This document shows, one piece after another, positions 10,756-20,997 of a stretch of 64,000 nt of DNA (within the stretch, counting starts at the first letter, position 1; every line of letters starts with the position of its first letter). This DNA comes from an uncultured delta proteobacterium. GTDB taxonomy: Bacteria; Myxococcota_A; Polyangia; Polyangiales; Polyangiaceae. Below the pieces are notes generated by a model, which searched no databases, had not been told where the DNA came from, and saw only the letters and a list, made by a program, of their open reading frames with translations. Where the stretch lies: positions 128,001 through 192,000 of the forward strand of contig CAVOKF010000004.1 in NCBI GenBank assembly GCA_963696385.1. Direction: 5' to 3'. The translations under genes and the position numbers were made by a program.

Positions 10756-11037
10756 GGGCGACCCCTTCCGGACAGCATCGGAAGGGTACGCATCCTCGCG
10801 GTCGAACGCGAGGGGCCGTCTGCGCGGCCGACCGGGGTGCGGTCGAGCCGTAAGAGCCGCGAGCCGGAAGCGGTGCCGTACGGGCTTTGCCTTGCGTCGA
10901 GCAGACTGGTTCGGTAGGGTACGCGCCCGTTTTCCAAGAGTGGCGAGGCGGCCGCCTCCGTCGGATGCGGGGCGGCTCGAAGCGTGCCGGCGAGTTTCCG
11001 CCGGGCCGCCGTCCAAGCGAGCAAGGTTGAGGGCTTC

Positions 11038-11379
11038 ATGACCGAGACGAAAGAGACGAAGTTTGCCGCGTTCATCGCAACGCAAAAACTCGACCCGCGG
11101 CGCATCGTCAACGCATCGCGCAAAATCGAGGGCCTTCAACCCGAAGACCGCGACATCCGGCTGAAGAAACGCCAGGCGCGCGCCCGCGAGGGTGGCGAAG
11201 GTGCGCCGAAGGAAACGCGCAAACCTCGCTCAGGCCGGCCGGTCACCGACCGGGCCCTGAGAGCGGCCCTGACGGGTGGGCCGGTCAGCGGCCCCACGAA
11301 GACGCGCATTTTGCGAGCTGTGAACCATCTGCTCGATCAAAAAAAGCGAGAGGCGGTCGATCTCCGGGCCATTTTTTAA
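11038..11379 (+). CDS. Small basic hypothetical protein
   Basis: 113 aa K/R-rich ORF with GAGGG RBS, divergent from the thiolase. Confidence 0.7.
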   Translation: MTETKETKFAAFIATQKLDPRRIVNASRKIEGLQPEDRDIRLKKRQARAREGGEGAPKETRKPRSGRPVTDRALRAALTGGPVSGPTKTRILRAVNHLLDQKKREAVDLRAIF

Positions 11380-11702
11380 CCGAGCGCCCCCTGGTGCGGG
11401 TGAGAGTGCGTCTCTCGAAGCGGTGCGCGGGGATCGAATTCGGCCGAAAACTGGGCCAGTGGACACGTGTGGCGCACTCTGCGCCAATGTTCGTCGTCGT
11501 CGCCGTAGCTGTCGTCACTCTCTTGGCCTTGGACGTGCACGACCTCATCAATCGGCCGCGCGCAAGTTGACGCACTGAGTCTACCAGCCGACTGGCTGAA
11601 TGACGGACCCTACCGGGCACCCAAACCCGAGCGGTGGGTGCGATCGTTCAGCTGAGTATGGTAACTCCGACGCTCGGATGTCGCACGTCAACCGGGGCTG
11701 AC

Positions 11703-12305
11703 ATGAACCGGCACACCCCCCCCGCGGACGAGCTCGTCGCGCGCGCCGCCGCCGGCGACGAAGTCGCATTCCGACGACTGTACGAGCGCCATCGCACCGA
11801 CGTCGCGCGCCTGGTCTTCCGCATGCTCGGGCCCCGAGCCGACCGCGACGACGTCATTCAAGAGGTATTCGTTCAAGTGTATCGGAGTCTCAAGGATTTT
11901 CGTGGTCAATCGAAGTTCAGCACGTGGCTTCACCGCGTGACGGTCAACGTCGCGCTGATGCATCGTCGCTTCGCACGAAGCCGCCCCGTATTCGCCGACG
12001 AGCCGCCGGCCGACCTGGCTCGCAGCGACGAGGTCCCTCCTGATGAAGACGCCGAACGGCGAGAGCGCGTTCGCGCCTTGGGGCGTTTGCTCGACCGATT
12101 GGCCGACAAGAAGCGCGTGGTGTTCGTGTTGCACGAGCTCGAAGGGCTGGCGCCGAGCGAAATCGCGCGCATCGTCGGTGCCCCCGTGCTCACGGTTCGA
12201 ACGCGTCTTTTCTATGCGCGGCGGGACATCGAGGCGATGCTCGCGGAGGAGCCCGCTCTAGCGGGGATCGGCTCGGGTCTCTCGAAAGCGGGTGGCGACC
12301 CATGA
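11703..12305 (+). CDS. ECF RNA polymerase sigma-70 factor
   Basis: DVIQEVF, FSTWLHRVTVN (region 2); LHELEGL..EIA...TVRTRLFYAR (region 4). Confidence 0.94.
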   Translation: MNRHTPPADELVARAAAGDEVAFRRLYERHRTDVARLVFRMLGPRADRDDVIQEVFVQVYRSLKDFRGQSKFSTWLHRVTVNVALMHRRFARSRPVFADEPPADLARSDEVPPDEDAERRERVRALGRLLDRLADKKRVVFVLHELEGLAPSEIARIVGAPVLTVRTRLFYARRDIEAMLAEEPALAGIGSGLSKAGGDP

Positions 12306-13537
12306 AACGTCCGATGGGCGAGTTGATCGCCGCGCTGCGTGACGAGTGGGGTGTCCAGGAGTCGGAGAACGTCGACTGGCGAGCGATCGAACGAACGGTG
12401 TTTGCACGCATCAGGCGAGAGCGCAGCGCCGAGCGGGCCCGCTTCTCGGCGGGCCGACATGGCCTTTGGGCGCTGGCGGGGGCGATTGCGGTGGCCTTCC
12501 TCGGGGTCGTCGCCGTCCTCGCCGGCAAGGGCCGCGGGATCGTCCGCGTGGATCCGGTCATGAGCCGGGACGGCCCCGCCGGAAAGATTGTGGACATGGG
12601 CGGCGCAGGACGGGTTCTCGTCAATGGCTCGGCCGCCCGATCCGGGGCCCTCGTTGTCCTGGGCGACGTCATCGAGACGCGCGGATCGGAGGTGACGATC
12701 GCACGCGACGGATCGCTGACCTTCACCGTCGAGAACAACTCGCGACTCTCCGTGAGCCACATTCGTGGACCTCTCGTTGTGTCGCTCGAACGTGGCGCCG
12801 TCCGTGCGCACGTGATGCCCGTGGCCGACGGCGAAGCATTCGCGGTCGACGTCGAGCAGTCGCGCGTCGCCGTTCACGGGACCTTTTTTCGCATCTCGCG
12901 TGCGGGGTCGCATGCCGCCGTGGACTTGATCGAAGGCGTCTTGTCCGTTGGGAACGCGCCTCGGTCCGGCCCCGTGATGGGCACGATTGTCACGGCGCCC
13001 GCGCACGCCGACTTTACGGTGTCGAATGCGGTCGCAACGATGAAGGTGACGCACGACGCCGACGCGATCCGTCCGCTGCCCGCGTCGGCGTTCCCGTCGG
13101 ACGCCGAGCCCGCTGCCGTCGCGGCGCAGCGCTTGCGCGCGAAGGCGCAGTCGGAGGGCGGCGCGCCACCGTGGTCGCCCCCCGTCAACGATCGACCCTC
13201 ACCGCGTGTCGTCGGATCGGCAAGCGCCGGTCCGGAGGTCGCGGCCGGGTCCCCCGGTTCGATGCCGAGGCAAGCCGCAGGCGTCGAAGCCTCGGCGAGC
13301 GATGCGATCGAGTCGGCCGTGCTCGCGTGCATGGCCGAGCGGCCCCACCCCGACAACGTGACGGTCCTGGTGCACACGACGCTCTACCTCGAGATCGGCG
13401 ACGACGGTTCCGTGCGTACGGCCCGGTTCGATCCCCCCGTGGCCCCCGAGGTGAACGGGTGCGCGTCGTCTGCGATCTACAAAGCGCATTTCCCGCAGCG
13501 CGGAACCGTCGCCATTCCGGTCGAGTTCAAGAACTGA
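12302..13537 (+). CDS. FecR-domain anti-sigma factor
   Basis: Coupled to the sigma gene by an ATGA overlap; single TM; LERGAV, VAVHGTFF, VDLIEGVLSV FecR-like motifs. Confidence 0.82.
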   Translation: MKRPMGELIAALRDEWGVQESENVDWRAIERTVFARIRRERSAERARFSAGRHGLWALAGAIAVAFLGVVAVLAGKGRGIVRVDPVMSRDGPAGKIVDMGGAGRVLVNGSAARSGALVVLGDVIETRGSEVTIARDGSLTFTVENNSRLSVSHIRGPLVVSLERGAVRAHVMPVADGEAFAVDVEQSRVAVHGTFFRISRAGSHAAVDLIEGVLSVGNAPRSGPVMGTIVTAPAHADFTVSNAVATMKVTHDADAIRPLPASAFPSDAEPAAVAAQRLRAKAQSEGGAPPWSPPVNDRPSPRVVGSASAGPEVAAGSPGSMPRQAAGVEASASDAIESAVLACMAERPHPDNVTVLVHTTLYLEIGDDGSVRTARFDPPVAPEVNGCASSAIYKAHFPQRGTVAIPVEFKN

Positions 13538-13597
13538 TTGCGCTCCTCGTTCACGTCGTCGGCCGTTTTCGGGCGCAGAGTCGATCCGGATCGAAGA

Positions 13598-13903
13598 TCA
13601 GTCCTTGGTCAGCTCGGTGATGGCGTGCGTCTCGCGCGCGCCAAGCAACCCAAACTGGATCCCCATGCCGTCCGCCCGCCCCCAACGGACGACCCCCGGA
13701 ATCGCGAGCGCGGCGCGCTGGCCGGGGACGAGCATGGTGACGACGACTTCCGTCGAGAAGGTCAGAGGATTCGCCGACTGGATGAACATGCCGCCGAGCG
13801 ACAAATCCTTTGCTCGTCCCTTCCGCCGCTCGCTCGAGCCCTTGCCGACGAACTCGACTTCGATGTCGATGGGCGCACGTGTGTAACGACGGAGATCGAC
13901 CAA
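13598..13903 (-). CDS. PilZ domain protein (c-di-GMP receptor)
   Basis: RRYTR and DLSLGG motifs; GMGIQF. Confidence 0.9.
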   Translation of the reverse strand: MVDLRRYTRAPIDIEVEFVGKGSSERRKGRAKDLSLGGMFIQSANPLTFSTEVVVTMLVPGQRAALAIPGVVRWGRADGMGIQFGLLGARETHAITELTKD

Positions 13904-13978
13904 GGGTCCTCTTTTCGCCGACCTGACGTCCGGATGATACCATTGCTGGGAGTGCGCGAGGCTTCCAAACCTTCTCGA

Positions 13979-14920
13979 GTGCGCGAGTCGCGCGAGGCGA
14001 TGTGGCTGGCGCTCGTACCGATCGGCGTTGCGATTACACTGGGCCTGCTCCTATTCCCGCGGCAAGCACTGCCCGACTCGGTACCCCTGCCGATACCGGA
14101 CCCAGGCGCACTCGCGCGCGCGGCGGCGGTGGATCACGATCTCGCTGAAAAAGCACGACGAGAGTCGCTACCCGCGAACATCCGAGCGCTGGGATCCGCT
14201 CTGCGCGAGCTCCACCTGGTCGAAGTGGGCGCGGAGCCCACGCGCTCGGTCGCGCAAATGCGCCAAGCCATCGACTCGCTGACGGCCCAGGCCCTCGCCG
14301 GGGGGGACGAGACGCTGTTGCAATTGCGGGCCGTGCAACTCGAGTCGTTTCTCGCGGAGGCTCGTCGCTTCGAAGCGACCCGGACGCAGTCGGCGGAGCT
14401 CGTCAGCGTGGCGGGTGGCTTCGTGCATTCGATGGAGACCGAAGGCTGGTACGACGGACGCTCCTTCGAGGCATCCGACGCGGCGCTTCGGGCCATGTTC
14501 AAGGAAATGTGGAACGCGGTCGTCGGTCTCGACAAGCGCGAGTCATTTCGGCCCCCGCTCGACGAGGAGCGAGCTCTGTACGCGCTGTACCTGGCCCATC
14601 CTCACGCGGCGCCCGCGATGCGCGACGCGGTCGCTGCGGCGCGCCGTGGCGCTCGCGACGCGCGAACGTGCGAGGCCGTAGCCGTACTCCAGCGAACCGC
14701 TGTGGAGACCTGGCGGATCGAGCGCATCTCGCGGTTGGCCGCGATCGATCCGCAGTACCCGGCGGCCTACGCGCGGGGCATCGCGAACCTGCGGCGTGGC
14801 GAGTACGCGCGCGCGGTCGATGACCTCAGCGCGTGGCTGCGCGACCACCCGGATGGTCCGCTCACCCTTCGCGCGCACAACTACCTTCGCGCGGCGGTTG
14901 CCGCCTCCCGCGTGCAGTGA
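13979..14920 (+). CDS. Membrane-anchored hypothetical protein with C-terminal TPR-like repeat
   Basis: N-terminal TM helix; AAYARGIANLRRGEYARAVDDL; start 13979 (GTG) or 14000 (ATG). Confidence 0.7.
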   Translation: MRESREAMWLALVPIGVAITLGLLLFPRQALPDSVPLPIPDPGALARAAAVDHDLAEKARRESLPANIRALGSALRELHLVEVGAEPTRSVAQMRQAIDSLTAQALAGGDETLLQLRAVQLESFLAEARRFEATRTQSAELVSVAGGFVHSMETEGWYDGRSFEASDAALRAMFKEMWNAVVGLDKRESFRPPLDEERALYALYLAHPHAAPAMRDAVAAARRGARDARTCEAVAVLQRTAVETWRIERISRLAAIDPQYPAAYARGIANLRRGEYARAVDDLSAWLRDHPDGPLTLRAHNYLRAAVAASRVQ

Positions 14921-15059
14921 CGATGCGCGTGCCGCTCATCGCCGACGATCAGAAGCTCGCGCGCCTGTTTCCCCGGGCGCGGGGGCTGATCCACGGGGCG
15001 GAAGCCGGTTACGAGTTGCCCATTTCAAGCGGGGGTCGATAGCCTCGACCCGACGTTTC

Positions 15060-15695
15060 ATGCGCGGATGGCTCAAGGGACTCACGTGGGTGGCGACGAT
15101 CGTCGGGGGCGCGCTCATCGCGCTCTACGTCACGGCATTCGACGTCTGGACGGTGCCGACCGACGACCCGTTGCTCGCGGCCTCGGTCCAACCCACGCTC
15201 ATGGCCGGGGATCTGGTCGTCGTCACGCGCCATGCGAGCGTCGACCGTGCCAACCTGCTCCGATGCCCGGACCCGCAGGCTGCGGGACGTTACGTCGTCG
15301 CCCGAGCCATCGGCGGGCCGCGCGAGGAAATCGAAATCCAAAGCGAAATCGTGACCCTCGACGGCCATCGGCTTCCGAGCCCACGGGCATGCGATCAGAC
15401 GGCGTGGGTTGTCTTTGATCCGAATGCCAACCAGGACGTTACGCTCGCTTGCGCCGAGGAGGACTACGGAGAAATGCCGTTTTCAGCCCTTCGATCGATC
15501 GATCATCCAGAACCGCCCACGAAGGCTCGGGTCGAGCCCGGCCGGTGGTTTCTTGTCAGCGACGACCGACATGTTCACCTGGATTCACGCGACTACGGGC
15601 AAATCGATGTGGCAAACTGCCAGCATGTCGTCTTCCGCCTGCTCGGGGCCAAAGGGATGTCGGATGCTCGTTCGCGGCTGAACATCATCTGGTGA
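15060..15695 (+). CDS. Signal peptidase I-like (S26) protein, catalytic Lys apparently missing
   Basis: ASVQPTLMAGD, YVVARAIG, LVSDDRHVHLDSRDYG boxes; N-terminal TM. Confidence 0.82.
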   Translation: MRGWLKGLTWVATIVGGALIALYVTAFDVWTVPTDDPLLAASVQPTLMAGDLVVVTRHASVDRANLLRCPDPQAAGRYVVARAIGGPREEIEIQSEIVTLDGHRLPSPRACDQTAWVVFDPNANQDVTLACAEEDYGEMPFSALRSIDHPEPPTKARVEPGRWFLVSDDRHVHLDSRDYGQIDVANCQHVVFRLLGAKGMSDARSRLNIIW

Positions 15696-15734
15696 GCACC
15701 TGCGGCCGTTTTTTTTGGTAAGGTTCATCGAGGG

Positions 15735-16853
15735 ATGTCTTTCGACATCGGCATCGTTTGCGGGCGCTGCGATCGGTACAACGCGGCGAGCGCGAGGCAG
15801 TGCGTTTGCGGCCACGATCTCGCCCTCGGGCGGACGATCATCGCCGTGCAAGCCGAGGTCGGGTTGGCCAAGCCGCAATCGTTATTTTTCGGCAAAGACG
15901 ATCTGAAGCCCCGACGGGCGCCGTCGGGCACCGGCGTAGCGGTCGCCGCTTGGGCGGCCACTAATGACCGCCGACAAGAATCGGCGCTATCTTCGCCGCG
16001 AGTATTTGACGACGATGTCCCGTCAGGGAAAGGCGAGGCGCTCGCGCCCGCCCCGTCGCTGGAGGAGTTGATGGATCAGGCCAAGAACTTCGTCTGCAAG
16101 TCGTGCTCGACGCCCGTGCCGTTGGGCCACAAATTCTGCGGACGGTGCGGCGCCGCGATCCCCGCCGACATGGTCAACGTGCGCACGCAGTTTTTTGGAC
16201 AGCTCCAAGTTCTCGGCAAAGCAAAACTCATCTTGATCCGGGGCGACGGGGTCGAGGGGTTGAGCTATCAGCTCAACGCGGAGCAGCATCTCGTCGGGCG
16301 CAACGGGCAGCTCGTATTCCCCGACGATCCGTTCATTTCGCCTCGGCACGCCAATCTGTTCTACCGGAGCGGCCGCCTGGTCGTTCGCGACGAAGGTTCG
16401 ACCAACGGCGTGTTTTGGCGAGTGCGCGGCACGGTCGACCTTGCTCCCGACGACTACTTCCTCGCTGGCGAGCAACTCTTTCGGGTCGAGGGGCCACCTC
16501 GTCCGAATGACGGTCCTGGCGCCGATGGGACGTACTTCTACTCGTCGCCAAAGCATCAGACGCGCTTCAAAGTCATCCAGTTCCTTCAGGGAGGGGCGCC
16601 TGGCATGGCGGTATGCGCCAAAGGCAGCAGCGTGCAGATCGGGCGAGAGGGCGGCGAGATGAATTTTCCGGGCGACCTCTATATGAGTGCAGCCCACTGC
16701 AGAATCGAGGACGCCGGAGGGCGATTGACGCTGACCGACTTGAACAGCAAGAACGGCACCTATCTCCGACTCAAAGCGGAGAGGGAACTCTCCCACGGCG
16801 ACTATCTGTTCATCGGGCGCAAGCTGCTTCGGGTCGAGATCACGGTGAATTAG
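15735..16853 (+). CDS. Zinc-ribbon plus FHA-domain protein
   Basis: CxxC pairs; GRNG..SPRHA..GSTNGV and GRE..SAAHC..NSKNGTY FHA motifs. Confidence 0.9.
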   Translation: MSFDIGIVCGRCDRYNAASARQCVCGHDLALGRTIIAVQAEVGLAKPQSLFFGKDDLKPRRAPSGTGVAVAAWAATNDRRQESALSSPRVFDDDVPSGKGEALAPAPSLEELMDQAKNFVCKSCSTPVPLGHKFCGRCGAAIPADMVNVRTQFFGQLQVLGKAKLILIRGDGVEGLSYQLNAEQHLVGRNGQLVFPDDPFISPRHANLFYRSGRLVVRDEGSTNGVFWRVRGTVDLAPDDYFLAGEQLFRVEGPPRPNDGPGADGTYFYSSPKHQTRFKVIQFLQGGAPGMAVCAKGSSVQIGREGGEMNFPGDLYMSAAHCRIEDAGGRLTLTDLNSKNGTYLRLKAERELSHGDYLFIGRKLLRVEITVN

Positions 16854-16973
16854 CCAGCTCGGCGCGCCCGCAGCACGGTTCCCGAACGCGCCGCCGTGCG
16901 GCCGGCCCGCACCCGACACGGGCGATACTGGGCGTGGAAGTGCGATTGTGTCACGTTACACGGACGAGCGCTC

Positions 16974-19031
16974 ATGCCCAATCGACTTGTCCGCGAAGCG
17001 TCGCCGTACCTGCGTCAACACGGTGACAATCCAGTCGATTGGTTTCCCTGGGGCACCGAAGCCCTCGATCGGGCCACGGCCGAGAACAAGCCGATTCTGC
17101 TGAGCATCGGCTACTCTGCCTGCCACTGGTGCCACGTCATGGCGGCGGAGTCGTTCGAGAACGAGGCGATTGCCCAGCTCATGAACGAATGGTTTATCAA
17201 CATCAAAGTCGACCGCGAGGAGAGGCCGGATCTCGACCAAATCTACCAATCGGTCGTCCAGCTCACGGGCCGAACTGGCGGGTGGCCCCTCACGGTCTTT
17301 CTGACCCCCAACCAACGCCCTTTTTTTGCGGGTACGTACTTTCCTCCGGTCGACCGGTACGGCATGTCGGGCTTTCCCAAGGTCCTGCACGCGGTGTGGG
17401 AGGCGTACCGGACGCGGCGCGAGCAGGTCGACGCGCAGGCCGAGGAGATCGCTCACGCGATTGCAGAAGCATCGGTGCCCGGCCGGCGCGCCTCGGTCGA
17501 CCTGTCCTCCGCGCTCATCAATCGGGCCATGCAAAAGGTCATCGCACGCTTCGACGATGCCCACGGTGGCTTCGGACACCGTCCGAAGTTTCCCAACGCC
17601 ACGTGCCTCGACTTGTTGCTTCGGTCGAACGGGCGCGAGCGACTCGCCAAAGCGCTTTACGCCATGCGCCTGGGTGGCATTTGGGACCACCTGGGCGGCG
17701 GATTCCACCGCTACTCGACCGATGCGCGCTGGCAGGTCCCTCACTTCGAAAAGATGCTCTACGACAATGCGCAGCTGTTGCGGCTCTACACGGACGCCTG
17801 GCGTGCGGTTGGGGACCCGATCTACGAGCGAACGGCGCGCGAGATCGCCGCGTACGTCGCGCGCGAGATGACGGCGCCCGAGGGGGGCTTCTACACCGCC
17901 CAGGACGCCGACAGCGAGGGACAAGAAGGGAGGTTCTTCGTGTGGAGCCCGCGCGAAATCGACGTCGCCTGCGACGCCGACGTCGACGCCGCTCGCGTCG
18001 CCCGGCTCGCGTTCGGCGTGACGGAGCAAGGTAACTTCGAAAACACCGGATCGACTGTCCTCTCGCGCACCGAGCCGCTGGATCGTGTGGCCCAGACGCT
18101 CGGCATGGGTCTGCGCGAGGCCGAGGACGCGCTCGATCGGGCGCGTTCGGCGATGCTGTCTGCCCGTGAGCGGCGCGTTCGGCCGCTTCGCGACGACAAG
18201 ATCCTGGCGAGCTGGAACGGCCTGATGGCGGGAGCACTCGCCGCGTCGGGTGCCGCGCTGGACGACCGGGCGATGGTCGCCGCGGCCGAGCGCGCGCTGT
18301 CCTTCGTCGGTGCTTCGCTCGTCGTGGCCGAGAGCGAAACGCGTGCGAGGGTGCTGCGTCATTCCAAAGACGGCGTCGTACGCGGTCCGGGATTCCTCGA
18401 CGACCACGCCTTCGTTGGCGATGCGGCGCTCGATCTCTATGAAGCGACCGCGCGTCCCGATTGGGTGCGGCTGGCGAGATCGATCGCCGAGTCGATTCTG
18501 GCGCACTTCCACGACGCCTCCAACGACGCGTTTTTTTTCACGCCCGATGACGGCGAGGCCATTCTGGTCCGCCCGAGGGATGCTTTCGATCACGCCGTTC
18601 CGAGCGGCGCGGCGATTGCGTGCAGGCTTCTGCTACGACTGGGGGGGCTCGTCCATGCGCCGTACGGCGAGGTCGCTGCAAGAGCGATCGAGAGGCTCGC
18701 GCCCGCGGCCGCCGAGAATCCGCTCGGGATGAGCGTTACCGTGGCGCTTGCCGATCGGCTCGTTCGCGGCTGTGTCGATGTGGTGCTTATAGGCCCGACC
18801 GAGAGCGCGGAGACGCGGGCGATGGCGCGTGTCGTCCATCGCACATACGTACCCGACCGGCTTCTGGCCTGGGCCGATCCCACGAACCCGTACGCCTACG
18901 CGGCGTGCGTCCAGGCTGCCGAGGGCAAACCGGCGCAACCGGGCACAACGGCCTACGTGTGCCGCGGTCGTTCCTGTTCGTTGCCTTTGCGGGACCCTTC
19001 GAAGGTCGGGCTGGCGATCCTCTCCGGATGA
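16974..19031 (+). CDS. Thioredoxin domain-containing protein, YyaL/SPATA20 (DUF255) family
   Basis: [52 protein letters not shown]. Confidence 0.95.
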   Translation: MPNRLVREASPYLRQHGDNPVDWFPWGTEALDRATAENKPILLSIGYSACHWCHVMAAESFENEAIAQLMNEWFINIKVDREERPDLDQIYQSVVQLTGRTGGWPLTVFLTPNQRPFFAGTYFPPVDRYGMSGFPKVLHAVWEAYRTRREQVDAQAEEIAHAIAEASVPGRRASVDLSSALINRAMQKVIARFDDAHGGFGHRPKFPNATCLDLLLRSNGRERLAKALYAMRLGGIWDHLGGGFHRYSTDARWQVPHFEKMLYDNAQLLRLYTDAWRAVGDPIYERTAREIAAYVAREMTAPEGGFYTAQDADSEGQEGRFFVWSPREIDVACDADVDAARVARLAFGVTEQGNFENTGSTVLSRTEPLDRVAQTLGMGLREAEDALDRARSAMLSARERRVRPLRDDKILASWNGLMAGALAASGAALDDRAMVAAAERALSFVGASLVVAESETRARVLRHSKDGVVRGPGFLDDHAFVGDAALDLYEATARPDWVRLARSIAESILAHFHDASNDAFFFTPDDGEAILVRPRDAFDHAVPSGAAIACRLLLRLGGLVHAPYGEVAARAIERLAPAAAENPLGMSVTVALADRLVRGCVDVVLIGPTESAETRAMARVVHRTYVPDRLLAWADPTNPYAYAACVQAAEGKPAQPGTTAYVCRGRSCSLPLRDPSKVGLAILSG

Positions 19032-19053
19032 AGCGGCACACGACGGACACGGA

Positions 19054-20430
19054 TCACTCGACGACCCGACGGGGACGGGCGCCCCGGACATTGCGGTGAA
19101 TGGGCGGCGGTCGAGTGGACGCGGCCCGAGCCACGCCGGCATCGGTCGACCTGAGCTTGAGCGCCGGGTCTCTGCTCTTGCCCGCCGCGGTGAGCTCGGC
19201 TTCAAACACGTCGATGGCGGAGCTCATCAGTTCTGTACGCGCAAAGCGGCCCGCGCGGCCGCTCTCGAGTCGCGGCAGAACGGCAACAATCCGCCTCACG
19301 CCGTCGGCGATGCGTCGCGGGACGGCGATTCGTTCGATTACCGGGTCGAGGAAGTCGGCGATCGCCCGTGCCTTGTCGCGTTCACCCGCGGAGGCCTCGT
19401 CGAGAGGCTCCTTGAGCAACAGAGCCCAAAGCACGATGTCATCGAGCGGACGCCCACGGGCTCGCGTCATCGCGTCGAGCGCCCCCATCTTCCGGAAGAA
19501 GCGCACTGCGCCGCCAGCCGTCGCTTCGTCGTCGTCGAGGAACGCGGCGAGCTCCGGCAGCATCACCGACATCGTGCCCGTCTCCCAGAGAAGCCACATC
19601 GATCGATGCGCCGCTCCGCCTCGGAGCAGGCGCAGAATTTCTTCGAACAGACGTGGTCGCGCGGCCTTCGCCAAGTCCTCGCGGGCTGCGACCATGGCGT
19701 CATAGACGTCCGGCGCGATCCCCAAATCGAGCCGCGCGGCAAACTTTATCGCGCGCAAAATTCGGATGGGATCCTCGCGGAATCGGACCATCGGATCGCC
19801 GATCGTGTGAATCGTGCGCTGCCGGATGTCGTGCATTCCCCCGCACCAATCGAGGACGTGCCGGCGATCGAGATCGTAGAACAGCGCATTGATCGTGAAG
19901 TCGCGCCGTAGCGCGTCTTCGTGCGCCTCGCCGAACACGTTGTCGCTTCGAATGAGGATGTCGTCGAACACTTCGCTCGCCTCGTCTTCCGGCGCTTCCA
20001 TGGCAGGATTGCGCCGAAAGGTGGCGACCTCGATGACTTTGCCGCCTCCGAACAAGATGTGGGCGAGCCGAAAGCGGCGGCCGATGATCCGGCAGTTTCG
20101 AAATAATGCGCGGACGTCCTCCGGCCGGGCGCTCGTCGCAATGTCGAAATCTTTCGGCTTGCCCCCGAGCAGAAGGTCTCGGACGCAGCCCCCGACCAGG
20201 TATGCCTGGAACCCGCTGCGCTCAAGCCTCCTCACGACCTTTGCCGCATCCGGATCGATTCGGTCGTCGTCGAAGAGCCCGTCGTGATGGCGCATCAGGC
20301 CCGTACCGGCGTGCCTCTCCAGGGGGTCACGCCGACGGGACACGCCCGGGGCGCGCGCTTGGGCGTCGTCTTCGACCGTAAACGACGGGAGGTCAGGCGG
20401 CGCGGGCAGATGGTCGTCGGGCGGAGGCAT
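19054..20430 (-). CDS. pcnB: Poly(A) polymerase I
   Basis: LVGGCVRDLL, DFDIAT, IIGRRFRLAHI (PAP signature), RRDFTINAL, EDPIRILRA. Confidence 0.93.
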   Translation of the reverse strand: MPPPDDHLPAPPDLPSFTVEDDAQARAPGVSRRRDPLERHAGTGLMRHHDGLFDDDRIDPDAAKVVRRLERSGFQAYLVGGCVRDLLLGGKPKDFDIATSARPEDVRALFRNCRIIGRRFRLAHILFGGGKVIEVATFRRNPAMEAPEDEASEVFDDILIRSDNVFGEAHEDALRRDFTINALFYDLDRRHVLDWCGGMHDIRQRTIHTIGDPMVRFREDPIRILRAIKFAARLDLGIAPDVYDAMVAAREDLAKAARPRLFEEILRLLRGGAAHRSMWLLWETGTMSVMLPELAAFLDDDEATAGGAVRFFRKMGALDAMTRARGRPLDDIVLWALLLKEPLDEASAGERDKARAIADFLDPVIERIAVPRRIADGVRRIVAVLPRLESGRAGRFARTELMSSAIDVFEAELTAAGKSRDPALKLRSTDAGVARAASTRPPPIHRNVRGARPRRVVE

Positions 20431-20997
20431 AAGGCTCGCTTCTGAGCCATTGGACTAAGCGAGATACCCGTGAGCGTACCACGTCACGGGTCCCGGCTCC
20501 AGAGTGGCGACCTCAAATCTCGGATCGAGGCCGACGACCGGGCAAGGCGTTCGTGGTCCGTTTCGTCAGTCCCGCGGACCCATCCGCGGGCGCTTCGCCG
20601 TTAGCGCAAACGAACCACGAGCCTTGTTTTCCCCGGGCTCCGCCCCATGCCCCCCGAAGCCGCTCCCGCGGCTTTGCTCGTGGCCCATCCCGCAAGAACC
20701 ATTGCACTTATTGATTCGCGTGGCTTGCGGAATGGGCCCTTATTACCGGGGCGGACCGTCCCGTTCGTGCCCGGTCCTGCGCCTTTGCCCCTCCGCGCGA
20801 CGTCAAAGTCCGTGCCGTTGACGCCACGACCCTCGTGGTCAGGTTCCAGCGCGGGTCGCGCTTCGTCCGAGGGACCGGCAGTTTCCGGCCATTCACGAAG
20901 TCGTCCTGTCAGTTTAGCGGCCGTGATGCGCGGCGAAAAGTGCCGGGCGGGGCCGTAATTCACCCGCGGATATCAGAAGATTCGGAGGCAACCGACC

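Noticed and set aside
20431..20997. CIRCE or heat-shock promoter upstream of dnaK
   Set aside because: No TTAGCACTC-N9-GAGTGCTAA found and no confident promoter; a dnaK without grpE/dnaJ is common in myxobacteria
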